64,000 nt of DNA. Origin: Bacillota bacterium. GTDB taxonomy: Bacteria; Bacillota; Sulfobacillia; JAJYWN01; JAJZPE01. The stretch lies in NCBI GenBank assembly GCA_021787335.1, contig JAJYMC010000062.1, forward strand, positions 90,181-154,180, read 5' to 3'. A model generated the notes under the pieces. It saw only the letters and a list, made by a program, of their open reading frames with translations, did no database searches and had not been told where the DNA came from. Position 1 is the stretch's first letter. Every line of letters starts with the position of its first letter. Made by a program: the position numbers and the translations under genes. Positions 36,582 to 46,579 of this stretch are shown here, one piece after another.

Positions 36582-37547
36582 TCAGGGCGGGTCAAGGACG
36601 GTCAACCGTCCGGCGGCGAAGTCCAGCAGGATACGGTCGGAGCGAAAAGCTACATTCCCGAAGATGCTGTCCACCTGGCCGGCCGTCTGGACGTCAAGCG
36701 TGTCAACCAAAGGCGTGGCCCAAAGCGTCTGGAAGTCCAGGGTCAGTTCGCCGGTCCGGTAGGTCATCTCCCGCGGTAGTCCGTACAGGTCCACGTCATC
36801 GGGACCTGACCGAAGACCGCGGAGACGACGGGTGGCCCCCGTCTTGGCATCGCTCCCGGTGATTTCCCTGAACGTGTCCATTCCAACCACTAGGTCGAGC
36901 GCCGACGAACCCGTGTCGAACAGGGCGTTCAGGGGGCGCTCGCCCTCCAAGGTCAGCACGGGCAGCATATCCGCGACCATGCGAAACGGGGCGCTTTTCC
37001 CACGCACCCTTGGCGGCTTTGAAAAAGCGGCGATCTTGCCGCGTTCGAAATCGATGTAAAGAGATGCCCCCTTGAAGAGGTCGTTGCCCAGGGTACCGAC
37101 CATGAAATCGGGTAGCTCAATCACGCGACCGGTCTCGTCAGTGAAGTGGCCCTGTGGTGGGTCCAGGTTGCCCCAGTCCTCAAGATCGGTGGTCACTTCC
37201 CGGCGGTAATCGCCCAGCGAGAATGTGACCTTTGCCACGGTTCGCGGGGAAGTCGCGGTTCCGACGGGTACGGGTGTATACTTGACGCCCAAGCGGTCGA
37301 GGGCCGCCCGGTTGAGGAGAGTATTCCCGCGCCCAGTATCGAGTTGAAACAGAGCCTCCTTGTCGCCTACCCTGACCGGCAAGAACAGGGCATGCCGTTC
37401 AACGGTCCCGTTGTCCGAGGTGCCCGTGTCCCAGTTGACCCAGGTGATGTCGACCAGCTTCGACTCGTCGATGGTGACCGGCTTAGCACAGCCGCCGGCG
37501 GTCAGGAGGACGGTCAGGACCAGGGCGACGGTCAGTCGTCCCTTCAC
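36582..37547 (-). CDS. Lipoprotein, two-lobed pepsin/retropepsin-like aspartic protease (two DTG motifs)
   Basis: GTG start 37547 (MKGRLTVALVLTVLLTAGGC lipobox) with GGAGG 8 nt upstream. FQLDTGRGNTLL at ~residue 70 and ALFDTGSSALDL at ~residue 220. Confidence 0.5.
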   Translation of the reverse strand: MKGRLTVALVLTVLLTAGGCAKPVTIDESKLVDITWVNWDTGTSDNGTVERHALFLPVRVGDKEALFQLDTGRGNTLLNRAALDRLGVKYTPVPVGTATSPRTVAKVTFSLGDYRREVTTDLEDWGNLDPPQGHFTDETGRVIELPDFMVGTLGNDLFKGASLYIDFERGKIAAFSKPPRVRGKSAPFRMVADMLPVLTLEGERPLNALFDTGSSALDLVVGMDTFREITGSDAKTGATRRLRGLRSGPDDVDLYGLPREMTYRTGELTLDFQTLWATPLVDTLDVQTAGQVDSIFGNVAFRSDRILLDFAAGRLTVLDPP

Positions 37548-37753
37548 CTTGTCCACCTCCAGATGAGCGGCGGGTTTCACCCGATACCCCGCCCCCTACT
37601 CGGGAATTCCACTGCCAGATGGGAAAGACCTGCCAAGGGGTCAGCCCGGTGTCGCCAGGGGCGGGTCAGAGAAGGAAGAAGATGTCAGAAGGCGAACTGA
37701 TTGTCGAAAGGGGCCGAACTGGCTGACAAACGTCTGGTGGAGGGGGTGCGGTC

Positions 37754-38890
37754 ATGGACAAGGCCGTGTTCGTGCTGGGGGTGCTTCACGACCTCCATGC
37801 TCGATCCGAGGGTTACACCTACTGGCACCTGCTCAAGCTGCTCGACGCCTACGCGCCTGACTTGGTGTGCCTGGAGATCGGCCCGGAACGCCTCGCGGCC
37901 GGGGACTTCCGCCGGGAATCGCCGGAGAAATGGGGCATCGGCTTACCTTGGGCGGTCGCAAAGGGCGTCTCGGTGGCCGGGGTTGACGGCGACGGTGACC
38001 CGAAGCATTTTGAGCGGTACAAGCTGGCCTGGGCGCAGTTCGCCCGGGATGTCGGGGATACCGAGAAGGTTCTCAAGGAACTCGAGGAGAGGGCTATGCG
38101 GCTGCTCGAGGCCGCCGGCGGCTGGGATGAACTGGTGCGGACATATGAGAAGGCCAACAGCCGGCGGACCCAGGAGGTCTTCCGTCAGACGCACGAACTC
38201 GCCGAGGCCACCCTGGGGCGGTATGGCAACGGTGAGCTGACCGACTCTTGGAGACAACGAAACGACACGATGCTCAGGCGGACCCTGGCCGCCATGGCTG
38301 AACATGGTGCGCACCGGGCCATCGTCCTGGTGGGGGCTGAGCACAAGTACGCTTTGGATGCGCTTTTCGGCGACCGCCCGGACCTGAAAGTGCTGCAGCT
38401 CTCCGACTTCCTCGACGCCCCCGTCGTCCTCACGGAAGCCGAGCGGGAGGCGTTCAAACGCGGAGAGGCGCCCATCACCTATCCTTCCGACCTGATGTTC
38501 GTCCACCGAAAGCTTCACGGAGGGGAGCCGGGTTCGTACTCCCAGACTCTTCCGCCCGAGCCTAACCGATTGGACCTCTCAGGGGTTCCCGAGCGGATTG
38601 ACGCGGCCCTGGCCCAACGCCCTGACGACCCGGATTGGCTCTACTACCGTGGGCTGTACCGGTACTGCCGGGGGGAATACCATAACGCCATTCGGGATTT
38701 TGAAGCCGTCGCGGCCGATCACGAAGCCAAGTTCTGTGTCTCCGCTGGACTCTGGGAACTGGGTGAGATGCGGCGAGGCCAGATGCTCGACCTTCTCGGA
38801 GGGCGAGACGCGGCCATCAAGTCCTATCAGCGGGTCCTCCACGATGGCTCCGGTCTGTTCGCGGATCAGGTCAGGCAGCTGATGCGCTAA
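37754..38890 (+). CDS. Hypothetical protein, TraB/GumN-like N-terminal region plus TPR-like C-terminal region
   Basis: 378 aa; MDKAVFVLGVLHDLH...LVCLEIGPERL...AIVLVGAEHKYAL. The family call is tentative. Confidence 0.45.
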   Translation: MDKAVFVLGVLHDLHARSEGYTYWHLLKLLDAYAPDLVCLEIGPERLAAGDFRRESPEKWGIGLPWAVAKGVSVAGVDGDGDPKHFERYKLAWAQFARDVGDTEKVLKELEERAMRLLEAAGGWDELVRTYEKANSRRTQEVFRQTHELAEATLGRYGNGELTDSWRQRNDTMLRRTLAAMAEHGAHRAIVLVGAEHKYALDALFGDRPDLKVLQLSDFLDAPVVLTEAEREAFKRGEAPITYPSDLMFVHRKLHGGEPGSYSQTLPPEPNRLDLSGVPERIDAALAQRPDDPDWLYYRGLYRYCRGEYHNAIRDFEAVAADHEAKFCVSAGLWELGEMRRGQMLDLLGGRDAAIKSYQRVLHDGSGLFADQVRQLMR

Positions 38891-39001
38891 GTCTCCGGCC
38901 TGCCCGAGGCGCTTTGGCTCATGAAAGTTAACAATTCGAGGCGTCCAGGTTTTGGACGCCTGAGTCGGGCGAATTCGCGCCGGCCGGCCTCGCGGCCCAC
39001 C

Positions 39002-39030
39002 AAACCCCAGCCCAGCTGGGGTTTTCCGTA
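39002..39030 (+). terminator. Intrinsic terminator
   Basis: aaaccccagc-cca-gctggggttt (10 bp stem), then tcc. Confidence 0.5.
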
Positions 39031-39085
39031 CTCTCTCGAGCCCCTCTTGACGGGGTCTGGGAACGCCCCTCAGAGCCGGCTAGAT

Positions 39086-39115
39086 TTGACAAGATGGGGC
39101 CCGGAGGGCTACGAT
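39086..39115 (+). promoter_or_regulatory. Candidate sigma-70-like promoter upstream of fliD-like gene
   Basis: TTGACA-N17-CTACGA (or N18-TACGAT); 100 nt upstream of ATG 39215. Confidence 0.3.
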
Positions 39116-39214
39116 TTGCGTAAGGCTTCAATGATGATGCCCGGAGTCCTCGGCCAAAGGCCACCAGAGTGGCCGCGGCCGAGCTGGCCCGCGCCATGAG
39201 GAGGAGGATGAGGA

Positions 39215-40528
39215 ATGCTTACTTCGTACGACAACTACGGGCTCTATGGCTACTACCCGTATTCCTCATACGGCCCCACCTATAACCCCTATCTGCCCGT
39301 CGGTTCCAGCCCGCTGTACTCGCTGCTACCCACCAGTTCCGGTCCCGTCAGTCTATCCACCGGGGCGCTGGCGGCCTTCAATCAGGCCGCCCAGGCCAAT
39401 TACACCCTTCGACAGCAGCCGGTGGCCCTGACCAACGCCCTGGTGACCATGAACGGCCGGGCCAGCGATCTCCTGCAAGCCTCGAAGCAGGTGACGGCGT
39501 TCAACCAGAAGACCGCCGCCTCCAGCACCGCCGCGGTCTCGGCCCTGGCCCAGCCTGGAGCGACCGAGACCACCTACACCGTCGCCGTCAGCCAGCTGGC
39601 GGCGGCCCAACGGAACGCGGGCACCGCCCTTAGCAGTACGGCGGCGGCCGGCCTGTCCGCCGGGACGTACAGCTTGAACATCCAGTCCGGCGCCAAGCAG
39701 TACGCCGTGAGCTTCGCGGTGAACGCCGGGGACACCAACAAGACGGTCCTGAGCAACATGGCCAAGGCCATCAACGGCGCCGCGGCGGGCGTCACGGCCA
39801 GCGTCGTGGACGACGCCCTGAACGGCACGAGCCAGCTGGTGGTCCAGGCGGCCGCCACCGGCACCGCCAACGCCTTCACCCTGGCCGATACGACCGGTTC
39901 GGCCGTGGCCTACGCCGGGGTCGGCACGGCGACCACCGCGGGGGCCGACGCCGTATACACGCTCAACGGGGTCGGCCGCGTCTCCTCTTCGAACAACGTT
40001 AATGTCGACAACGGCCTCGTGAGCCTGACCCTCTCTAGCGTGGGGAACGCCACGGTCACCGTCTCCCCGGACAAGGCGGCCCTGACTACCGCCATTAACA
40101 ATTTCATTTCAGCCTACAACGGCCTGGTCGGTTACGCCTCCCAGAACCAGCAGTACGTCAGCCCCGCGGTGGCGGCCCGATTGGCCGGGGCCTATCAGAG
40201 GCAGTCGGCCGAGCTCCAGGCCATCGGCGTGACCAGGAACCCGGACCAGACCCTCTCGATCGATCAGACCAAGCTCAGCGATGCCCTGAAGAACAACTAC
40301 ACCGGGGTTTGGTCGGCCCTGAACGGGGTCGGCGGGCTGGCGGCGGCCGCCCAATCGCTGGCGAGAGACATTACTTCCTCACCCATGACCAGCTTCGCGA
40401 ACCCCATGGCCGGCGGCAATCTGGGCTATGACTACTTCGGATTCTACAACAACCTGGCGACGCTCAATACGGCCGCGAGTTGGTCGATGCTGCTCCCCCA
40501 GGGCCGGCTGGTCAACACGATGTGGTGA
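39215..40528 (+). CDS. fliD: Flagellar filament cap (FliD/HAP2)-like protein with Tyr-rich N-terminus
   Basis: GAGGAGGATGAGGA before ATG. Central TYTVAVSQLAAAQ and AGTYSLNIQSGAKQYAVSFAVNAGDTNKTVLSNMAKAINGAAAGVTASVVDDALNGTSQLVVQAAATGTANAFTL match the conserved FliD core as recalled; AINNFISAYNGLV matches the FliD C-terminal region. Confidence 0.55.
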   Translation: MLTSYDNYGLYGYYPYSSYGPTYNPYLPVGSSPLYSLLPTSSGPVSLSTGALAAFNQAAQANYTLRQQPVALTNALVTMNGRASDLLQASKQVTAFNQKTAASSTAAVSALAQPGATETTYTVAVSQLAAAQRNAGTALSSTAAAGLSAGTYSLNIQSGAKQYAVSFAVNAGDTNKTVLSNMAKAINGAAAGVTASVVDDALNGTSQLVVQAAATGTANAFTLADTTGSAVAYAGVGTATTAGADAVYTLNGVGRVSSSNNVNVDNGLVSLTLSSVGNATVTVSPDKAALTTAINNFISAYNGLVGYASQNQQYVSPAVAARLAGAYQRQSAELQAIGVTRNPDQTLSIDQTKLSDALKNNYTGVWSALNGVGGLAAAAQSLARDITSSPMTSFANPMAGGNLGYDYFGFYNNLATLNTAASWSMLLPQGRLVNTMW

Positions 40529-40554
40529 CCTGCGATTGTCCGTGAACAAAGTCA

Positions 40555-40592
40555 GGGCCACGGCCGGAATCCGGCGGTGGCCCTTGTCCTGT
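40555..40592. terminator. Bidirectional terminator hairpin between convergent genes
   Basis: gggccacggccgg-aat-ccggcggtggccc (13 bp stem, 1 mismatch), then ttgtcctgtcc. Confidence 0.5.
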
Positions 40593-40628
40593 CCATGCGT
40601 GCTGCGGAAGCGCAACGGATGGGCCTCC

Positions 40629-41436
40629 TCAGTTCCTGACCAGATGCACCGTCCGCCATGGGCCGACCTCCTGAAACCCCAAGCGATCGCAGAGGGTGGC
40701 GGTGGCCTGGTCGTGGGTGACCGTGCAGGCGACCCGGCCCTCGGCCAGGAGCGCCCGCAGGATGGCTGTGAGGGCGGCTCCCAGGTCCCCCTCGCCGGCC
40801 TCGGGCGCCGCCCAGAGGCCGCCGACCATGGTCAGTCCCGGCAATTCCGCCGTGGTCAGGGCCGCGGCCGTGACCTCATCGCCGTCGGCCACGAAGTACG
40901 TCCGCCGCCCGCCGCCGACCGACCGGCGGACGCTGTCGCGGCCGCGCCTCGTCCCTTCGGGGGCCCGCTCATAGAACCGCGTCAGCCGGTCGATGTCGCC
41001 ATCGGTCGCCAAACGGGCGGCGGTGCCACCCCCGGGCGGGCCGCCGGCCTCCTTCATCTCTCCGGGCTGCAGGCGACGCAGGCGCTCGGTGAAGTCCCTC
41101 TCCAAGCGGTAACCCTTGAGCCGCGCGGCCAAGCCGGGTTGGGTCCTCACGTTGTCGCTGAGGACGACGCGGGGCGGGGCTCCTTCTTCGACCACGCCGG
41201 CGAGGGCCGAAAGGTCGGCTCCCGCCGCGTCGTGCAGATACCACAGGACATGGTAGCGCATGATGATCGCCCGGAACTCTCCAGCCTCGTCGAACTGCCC
41301 CCAGTAGCGGACCAGGTCCTGCTCCGTCCCCAGCTTGTCGAGGTTCGACAGGAGGAAGATGTTGTACTCGGGCGCCTGGGCGCAGAACGCCTCAGCCGCG
41401 GCCCGGTCTGCCTCGGTCAACGGTCTCGTGATCAAA
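40629..41436 (-). CDS. GNAT-family acetyltransferase (two-domain)
   Basis: TTG start 41436 (MITRPLTEADRAAAEAFCAQ...) with AAGGGGGTG 6 nt upstream. Confidence 0.55.
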
Positions 41437-41491
41437 GGACGCACCCCCTTCGGTTGCCCGGGTAGCCCGGTCGCGCGGATAGCGCGGGCCA

Positions 41492-42640
41492 TCAAGGGCT
41501 GGTCGCCAGCCCGCTGATGTACCACTTGCCGTTCTCCTTCTGCACCCCGACGAAGCGCTCGACCACGCCCCCCGGGCCCCAGGCCGTGTTGGGCTTCGGC
41601 TTGACCTCCAGGGTGACCATGAAGTTCACCGTGGGCGTATCTGGTGGGACGTCCCAGGTCGGCGCGGGCGGGGGCAGGTAGGCCTTCACGGACAGCAACT
41701 TGACGGACTCCAGCCCTCCCTGGGTGGCCACGTAGTCCGCCCTCGTGGACCAGGCCTGCTGGCTGGAGGTCTCGAGGTCCCAGGCGGCGCCCCAGTCCCC
41801 GCGCTCCATGGCGTCGAAGTAGGTCCGGATGAGCTCCTCCACCTGCCGCTCGTCGTCGAGCGTGACCGGCCCAGGCGGCTCCGGCTGCGGGACCGGTATC
41901 TGTTCGTCGCCCAGAGCCAGCTTCTTCTGGCCGAGCTTCGTCTTTTCAAAGACCTGCACCTCTGGAAGGCTGAACGCGGCGATGAAGGTCGGCGTCGTCA
42001 GGACGTCGTTGACCCCCTGACCCCGCCCCGGCTCACTGAACTCAAATAGGAGCTTCCATGCGGTGTCAGTCCGGTCGAGCCCGACCAACCGGACCTCGTA
42101 ACCGGACGTCGGCTTCGGGCCCATGCTGACGACCAGGACCTCGGACCGCATGAGGTGGCCGACCACGGCCGTGTCCTTCTTCATCACCCCGTCGACCCAC
42201 GGCCGGGCGATCGTGGGGACGCTGTCATAGCCGATCGCAAGGGTGGACCGCCCGCCGGGCATGGACAGGATCGGCAGCGGCTTCGACAGCCGGTAGACCT
42301 CGCGGCCGGCCACGATGGTCCGTGCGCCGGGCACATAGACGAGGGTCCGCCTGGCTTCGAGACGGCCCTTGGTGAACACGACCACGTTGACGGCCGCGCC
42401 TGAGGCGGCGTCCTGGGCCGAAGTCGCCCGGGCCCCCCTCAGCACGGTCAACATCGCTTGGGCGTCGTCGCCCTGATAGAGGGCCACGGCTCCGTCCTCG
42501 ATGACCGCGACCCGGTCGGCCCCACGCAGCCCGGACAAGCGGCCCGGTCCGGCGTAGCCCGTGACGAGCGCCGCCAGGATCAGGGCGGCGAGGGTCAAGG
42601 CCGCCGCCACGGTCACGGGTGTCCGCCATTTCGACGTCAA
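41492..42640 (-). CDS. Membrane-anchored hypothetical protein (N-terminal TM, extracytoplasmic domains)
   Basis: MTSKWRTPVTVAAALTLAALILAALVTG anchor; 382 aa. Confidence 0.5.
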   Translation of the reverse strand: MTSKWRTPVTVAAALTLAALILAALVTGYAGPGRLSGLRGADRVAVIEDGAVALYQGDDAQAMLTVLRGARATSAQDAASGAAVNVVVFTKGRLEARRTLVYVPGARTIVAGREVYRLSKPLPILSMPGGRSTLAIGYDSVPTIARPWVDGVMKKDTAVVGHLMRSEVLVVSMGPKPTSGYEVRLVGLDRTDTAWKLLFEFSEPGRGQGVNDVLTTPTFIAAFSLPEVQVFEKTKLGQKKLALGDEQIPVPQPEPPGPVTLDDERQVEELIRTYFDAMERGDWGAAWDLETSSQQAWSTRADYVATQGGLESVKLLSVKAYLPPPAPTWDVPPDTPTVNFMVTLEVKPKPNTAWGPGGVVERFVGVQKENGKWYISGLATSP

Positions 42641-42763
42641 GACGCATCCCCTCCGCTAAAACCTTCGTGGGTGCCCCTCCGTATCCTTCCGTCCTGGGAG
42701 ACCCTGGCCGGTGAGGAAGGGAAAGGGGACCGGCGCGCGAATAGATGCCTCGGGGGTGTCGTC

Positions 42764-43204
42764 ATGAAATGCGAAGCGTGCGGACGGGAGACCGCCGGCG
42801 GGGTGCGCCTCGAGCTCAACGCGGCCAACAGCTATGAGTCCATGCACGGCAACCGGAAGATTCTGACCCGTAAAGACATGGTCCCGTTCTCCATGTTCTT
42901 CTGCGACAACTGCGTGGCCAAGGCCAAGAAGCGCGTGGGCATGGGGCAGAAGGTCCTCTCCGGCATGGTCCTGGCCATCGGCGCGGCCTGCATCGGGCTG
43001 CTCCTCTGGGCCCACGTGAAGAACCTTTCGTCCTATGTGATCCTGGCCGTCATCTTCGCCGGGTTCTGGGCCGCGGTTCGGTTCCTGACGAACCGGATGA
43101 AGACCGAGATCGACCGTGCCTTCGTCGGCCAGGTGGTCGGTCGGGTCCGATCGTTGAACCGCAACTCGTGGTCGAACGGGCGGAGCTGGCAGCACCTCAT
43201 GTGA
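42764..43204 (+). CDS. Small zinc-ribbon plus two-TM membrane protein
   Basis: ATG 42764 MKCEACGRETAGG...FFCDNCVAKAKKR, then two hydrophobic helices. Confidence 0.5.
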   Translation: MKCEACGRETAGGVRLELNAANSYESMHGNRKILTRKDMVPFSMFFCDNCVAKAKKRVGMGQKVLSGMVLAIGAACIGLLLWAHVKNLSSYVILAVIFAGFWAAVRFLTNRMKTEIDRAFVGQVVGRVRSLNRNSWSNGRSWQHLM

Positions 43205-43232
43205 CCATCGGGCACCACACTGACGTTAAATC

Positions 43233-43268
43233 GGGGCGGCGCCGCGCGGCGCCGTCCCTTCTTTTGCC
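43233..43268 (+). terminator. Intrinsic terminator
   Basis: ggggcggcgcc-gcgc-ggcgccgtccc (11 bp stem including one G-U pair), then ttcttttgcc. Confidence 0.55.
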
Positions 43269-43328
43269 GTCGACCGTCGGAAGGGAGTTTCTAGGGCCGA
43301 AGCGAATGTCTATAAGGTTTGCGCCTGA

Positions 43329-44681
43329 TTGACGGACTACCGTCAGCTTCGGGCGCCGGGGAGCGGGGGAAACGTCCTGGGACTAGGCGAACTTCGGACC
43401 AACATCCGCGAGCGGATCGGCCCGCCACGGGCGAGCCGGCTCGAGCGCAACATCTGGACCAACACGGCCCACGGCATCGTCTCGGTCGCGGCGGCCAACA
43501 TGATTCAGCCGTTCATCAGCATCTTTGCCATCAGGGCTGGGGCCACCAACTTCCAGGTGGCCATGCTGTCGACGGCGCCGGCCCTGGTCAGCCTGCTGAT
43601 GATGATTCCCGGGGCGGCCCTGGTCGACCGCCGGCCTGACAAGAAGCGGCTCACGGCTCTCTTCTTCCTGGCCCACCGGTTCTTCTACTTCCTCATCGCC
43701 CTCATCCCGTTCTTCACGACCGACCGTCGCGCGGCTGTCCTGGTCGTCGCCGTGGCCCTGATGAACCTGCCCGGCTCCGTCTCCAACGTGGCCTGGCAAG
43801 GCTTCATCGCCACGATCATCCCGCCGGATCGCCGACCGTCGGCCTTCGCCAAGCGCAACCTGTGGATGAACGTCGCCGGCACGGCCATGGTTCTCATCGT
43901 CGGCCGGGCCATCGACATCATCGGTTACCCGTTCGGTTACCAGGTGGTCTTCGCCCTGGCCTTTGTCCTCGCCCTGGTCGAGATCTGGGTCTTCGGTCGG
44001 CTCGAGGAAGAGCCGTCGCCGGTCGGCCCTGGGCGGCGCGCCCCATCGCTGTCGCTATCGAACCTCGCTCGCGACCTTGCGGCCGAACCGCGTTTCGTCC
44101 GTTACACCCTGGCCTCCGTCGGGTTCTATCTCGCCTGGCAATCGGCCTGGCCGCTGTTCAGCCTTTATCAGGTGCGGGTCCTCGGGGCCAACAACACCTG
44201 GGTCAGCATCCTCAACCTGGCCAACACCGGCGGCTCCATCTTCGGCTACGGCTACTGGGCCCGCTACGCCGAGCGCAACGGCAACCTGAAGACGCTTTTC
44301 GCCGCCAGCCTGGGCATGTTCCTCGTGCCGACGGTCTACGCTTTCTCACACAGCCTTTACAGCATCGCCTTCTGGAACCTGGCCACCGGCCTCATCTTCT
44401 CCGGCGTCGTCCTGTCCCTCTTTAACGCCCTCCTGGAGATGACCCCGGAGGAGCGCAAGACGACCTACATCGCCTACTACAACACGGCCGTCACGGTGGC
44501 GGCCGTCTTCGCCCCGCTGGTCGGGGTGGCCCTCCTGGACCTCCTCGGGTTCATGTGGGCTTTTCTGGCCACCGCGCTGCTCCGGGTGATAGGCAGCGTC
44601 CTCTTCTTCCACATCCACCGGGTCGAGGCCGCCGAGCGGGCGCGGGCCGCGGCCACGGGCGGGTCGGTGGCGGCCCCGTGA
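43329..44681 (+). CDS. MFS transporter
   Basis: 450 aa, ~12 TM; the start codon is uncertain (TTG 43329 or downstream). Confidence 0.7.
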   Translation: MTDYRQLRAPGSGGNVLGLGELRTNIRERIGPPRASRLERNIWTNTAHGIVSVAAANMIQPFISIFAIRAGATNFQVAMLSTAPALVSLLMMIPGAALVDRRPDKKRLTALFFLAHRFFYFLIALIPFFTTDRRAAVLVVAVALMNLPGSVSNVAWQGFIATIIPPDRRPSAFAKRNLWMNVAGTAMVLIVGRAIDIIGYPFGYQVVFALAFVLALVEIWVFGRLEEEPSPVGPGRRAPSLSLSNLARDLAAEPRFVRYTLASVGFYLAWQSAWPLFSLYQVRVLGANNTWVSILNLANTGGSIFGYGYWARYAERNGNLKTLFAASLGMFLVPTVYAFSHSLYSIAFWNLATGLIFSGVVLSLFNALLEMTPEERKTTYIAYYNTAVTVAAVFAPLVGVALLDLLGFMWAFLATALLRVIGSVLFFHIHRVEAAERARAAATGGSVAAP

Positions 44682-44752
44682 CGCGAGGGCGCCCCAACGC
44701 CTGGGTGCTTCGTAACGCCTGAACGCCGGCCCCTGGTCAGACCACATGAAGA

Positions 44753-44790
44753 CCGCCCCGATCTCGTCGGGGCGGCCTTCTCTTCATCCG
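44753..44790 (+). terminator. Intrinsic terminator after MFS gene
   Basis: ccgccccga-tctcg-tcggggcgg, then ccttctcttcat. Confidence 0.5.
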
Positions 44791-44830
44791 GCCATGGGTC
44801 CGGCCGGGGCGACGTGGCCCCGACCCGTGG

Positions 44831-46378
44831 TCACTTTGGAGTGACCAGCTTCAGGACGACGTCGGCGCCGGGGACGATGGTCATCGTCGCCGCCGTGGTG
44901 GTGCCGTAGCGCTTGCTGACGGCCGTCACGGTATAGGTCCCGACCGGCAGGTTGGCCAGGCGGAACATGCCGTTGCTGCCGGTCTTGTAAGACACTCCGC
45001 CGGCCGAGACGGTGGCCAGGTTGATCGGAGTACCAGCGGCCGACACGACCTGCCCGTAGAACGAACCGGCGGTCGCCGACCGGTAGACCTTGGCCACGGC
45101 GTTGCCCGAGTTGACCCGGCCATAGCCGTAATGGATGTCCCAGCCGCCGCCGGCTGTCCCGGCCACGTTGTCGGCCGTCCGTTGCAACAACTGGACGGTG
45201 GCCGTGTTGGTCAGGGTCGGGTCGTTGGCCATGAGCATGGCCGCCGTGCCGGCGATGACCGGGGTGGCCATCGAGGTCCCGTTGAGAGAGTCATAGTTCG
45301 TGAAATAGCCGTACTGGGTGTTCAGATAGACCGAGTAGGTCGGCATGGTCGAGAGGACGTGGACGCCGGGGGCGGCCACGCCGATGTCGATGCCCCAGTT
45401 GGAGAAGCTGGCGGTGGCGTCGGTTTCGTCCGTGGCCGCCACGGCCAGGGCATACAGGCTGCCGCCCGGATAGCTGATGGTCTGACGGCCGTCGTTGCCG
45501 GCGGCGGCCACGATGACCGTGCCCTTGTTCCAGGCCGCGGTGACGGCGTCCTGGATGGTCTGGGAGTAAGAGCCGGCGCCGAGGCTGAGGCTGATGACCT
45601 TGGCCCCGTTGTTGGCCGCCCAGAGGATGCCGTTGGCCACGTTGGTCAGAGTGCCGCTGCCGGTAGCGTCGAGGACCTTGACCGGCATGATCTTGACGCT
45701 GTTGAAGCTGGCCCCGGCGACACCAGTGGCGTTGTCGGTGGCCGCCGCGGCGATGCCCGCGCAGTGCGTACCGTGCCCGTCGTCATCCTTCGGGTCGGCG
45801 TTGCCGGCCACGAAGTTGTAGCCGATGACGGCCCCCGAGGCGTTCCGGGCGACCTTGGCGGTAAGGTCCGGGTGGTTATAATCGACGCCGGTGTCGACGA
45901 TGGCCACCATCAGGCTGGTCGACAGGGTCCGGGTCGAGTCCCAGGCCGCCGGGGCGTTGATCTTGGGCAGCCAGTACTGGTTGATGGCTCCGGCGCTGGA
46001 GGTATTGTAGAGGCCCGCGTAGTACGGGTCATTGGGAGCATAAGTGGCGTGGAAGATGAGGTTTGGCTCGGCATAACGGACCATCGGGTCGGCCTCGTAC
46101 CGGGCGATGGCCGCCTGCTCGGCGCCGGACGGCACCCGGACCACCTGGACGCCCAGGCCGGGGATGGCCCCGGTGACCGTGGCCCCGACGGCGGCGTGAA
46201 GCGCCCCGATGGCAGCCGGGGAGGTTGACGGGGCGAAGCTGACCAGCACCTCGCCGGGGACGAAGCTGTTCGCCGTCCCGGCGTTGAGGGCGGCCGGGCC
46301 GGCGGCCCAGGTCAAGGTGGACCAGGCCAGGACGGCCGCGACCAGGGCGAGGACCAGGACCCAGCGGGACTTGCTCAC
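44831..46378 (-). CDS. Secreted S8-family (subtilisin-like) serine peptidase with C-terminal beta-sandwich domain
   Basis: GTG start 46378 (MSKSRWVLVLALVAAVLAW...) with AAGGAGGGG 7 nt upstream. Catalytic-triad motifs VAIVDTGVDYNHPDL, HGTHCAGIAAA, GTSMATPVIAGTAAM. Confidence 0.8.
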   Translation of the reverse strand: MSKSRWVLVLALVAAVLAWSTLTWAAGPAALNAGTANSFVPGEVLVSFAPSTSPAAIGALHAAVGATVTGAIPGLGVQVVRVPSGAEQAAIARYEADPMVRYAEPNLIFHATYAPNDPYYAGLYNTSSAGAINQYWLPKINAPAAWDSTRTLSTSLMVAIVDTGVDYNHPDLTAKVARNASGAVIGYNFVAGNADPKDDDGHGTHCAGIAAAATDNATGVAGASFNSVKIMPVKVLDATGSGTLTNVANGILWAANNGAKVISLSLGAGSYSQTIQDAVTAAWNKGTVIVAAAGNDGRQTISYPGGSLYALAVAATDETDATASFSNWGIDIGVAAPGVHVLSTMPTYSVYLNTQYGYFTNYDSLNGTSMATPVIAGTAAMLMANDPTLTNTATVQLLQRTADNVAGTAGGGWDIHYGYGRVNSGNAVAKVYRSATAGSFYGQVVSAAGTPINLATVSAGGVSYKTGSNGMFRLANLPVGTYTVTAVSKRYGTTTAATMTIVPGADVVLKLVTPK

Positions 46379-46579
46379 GACTGTACCCCTCCTTTTCGGG
46401 CGCGCCCCCCGGTCGGCCGGCGGGCGGGCTCGGTGAGGCCATTGTAGACGGACTGGCAATAACTGTCAACGGCGGTCGCCGGTCGCTACTCCCGGTTTTG
46501 TCCCCTTGGTCGGCCGTTTTCGCTATGCAGGCCCCCGGCCGGCATAGTATCATCGGGTTATCGGGGAGGTGGGGGAGCG

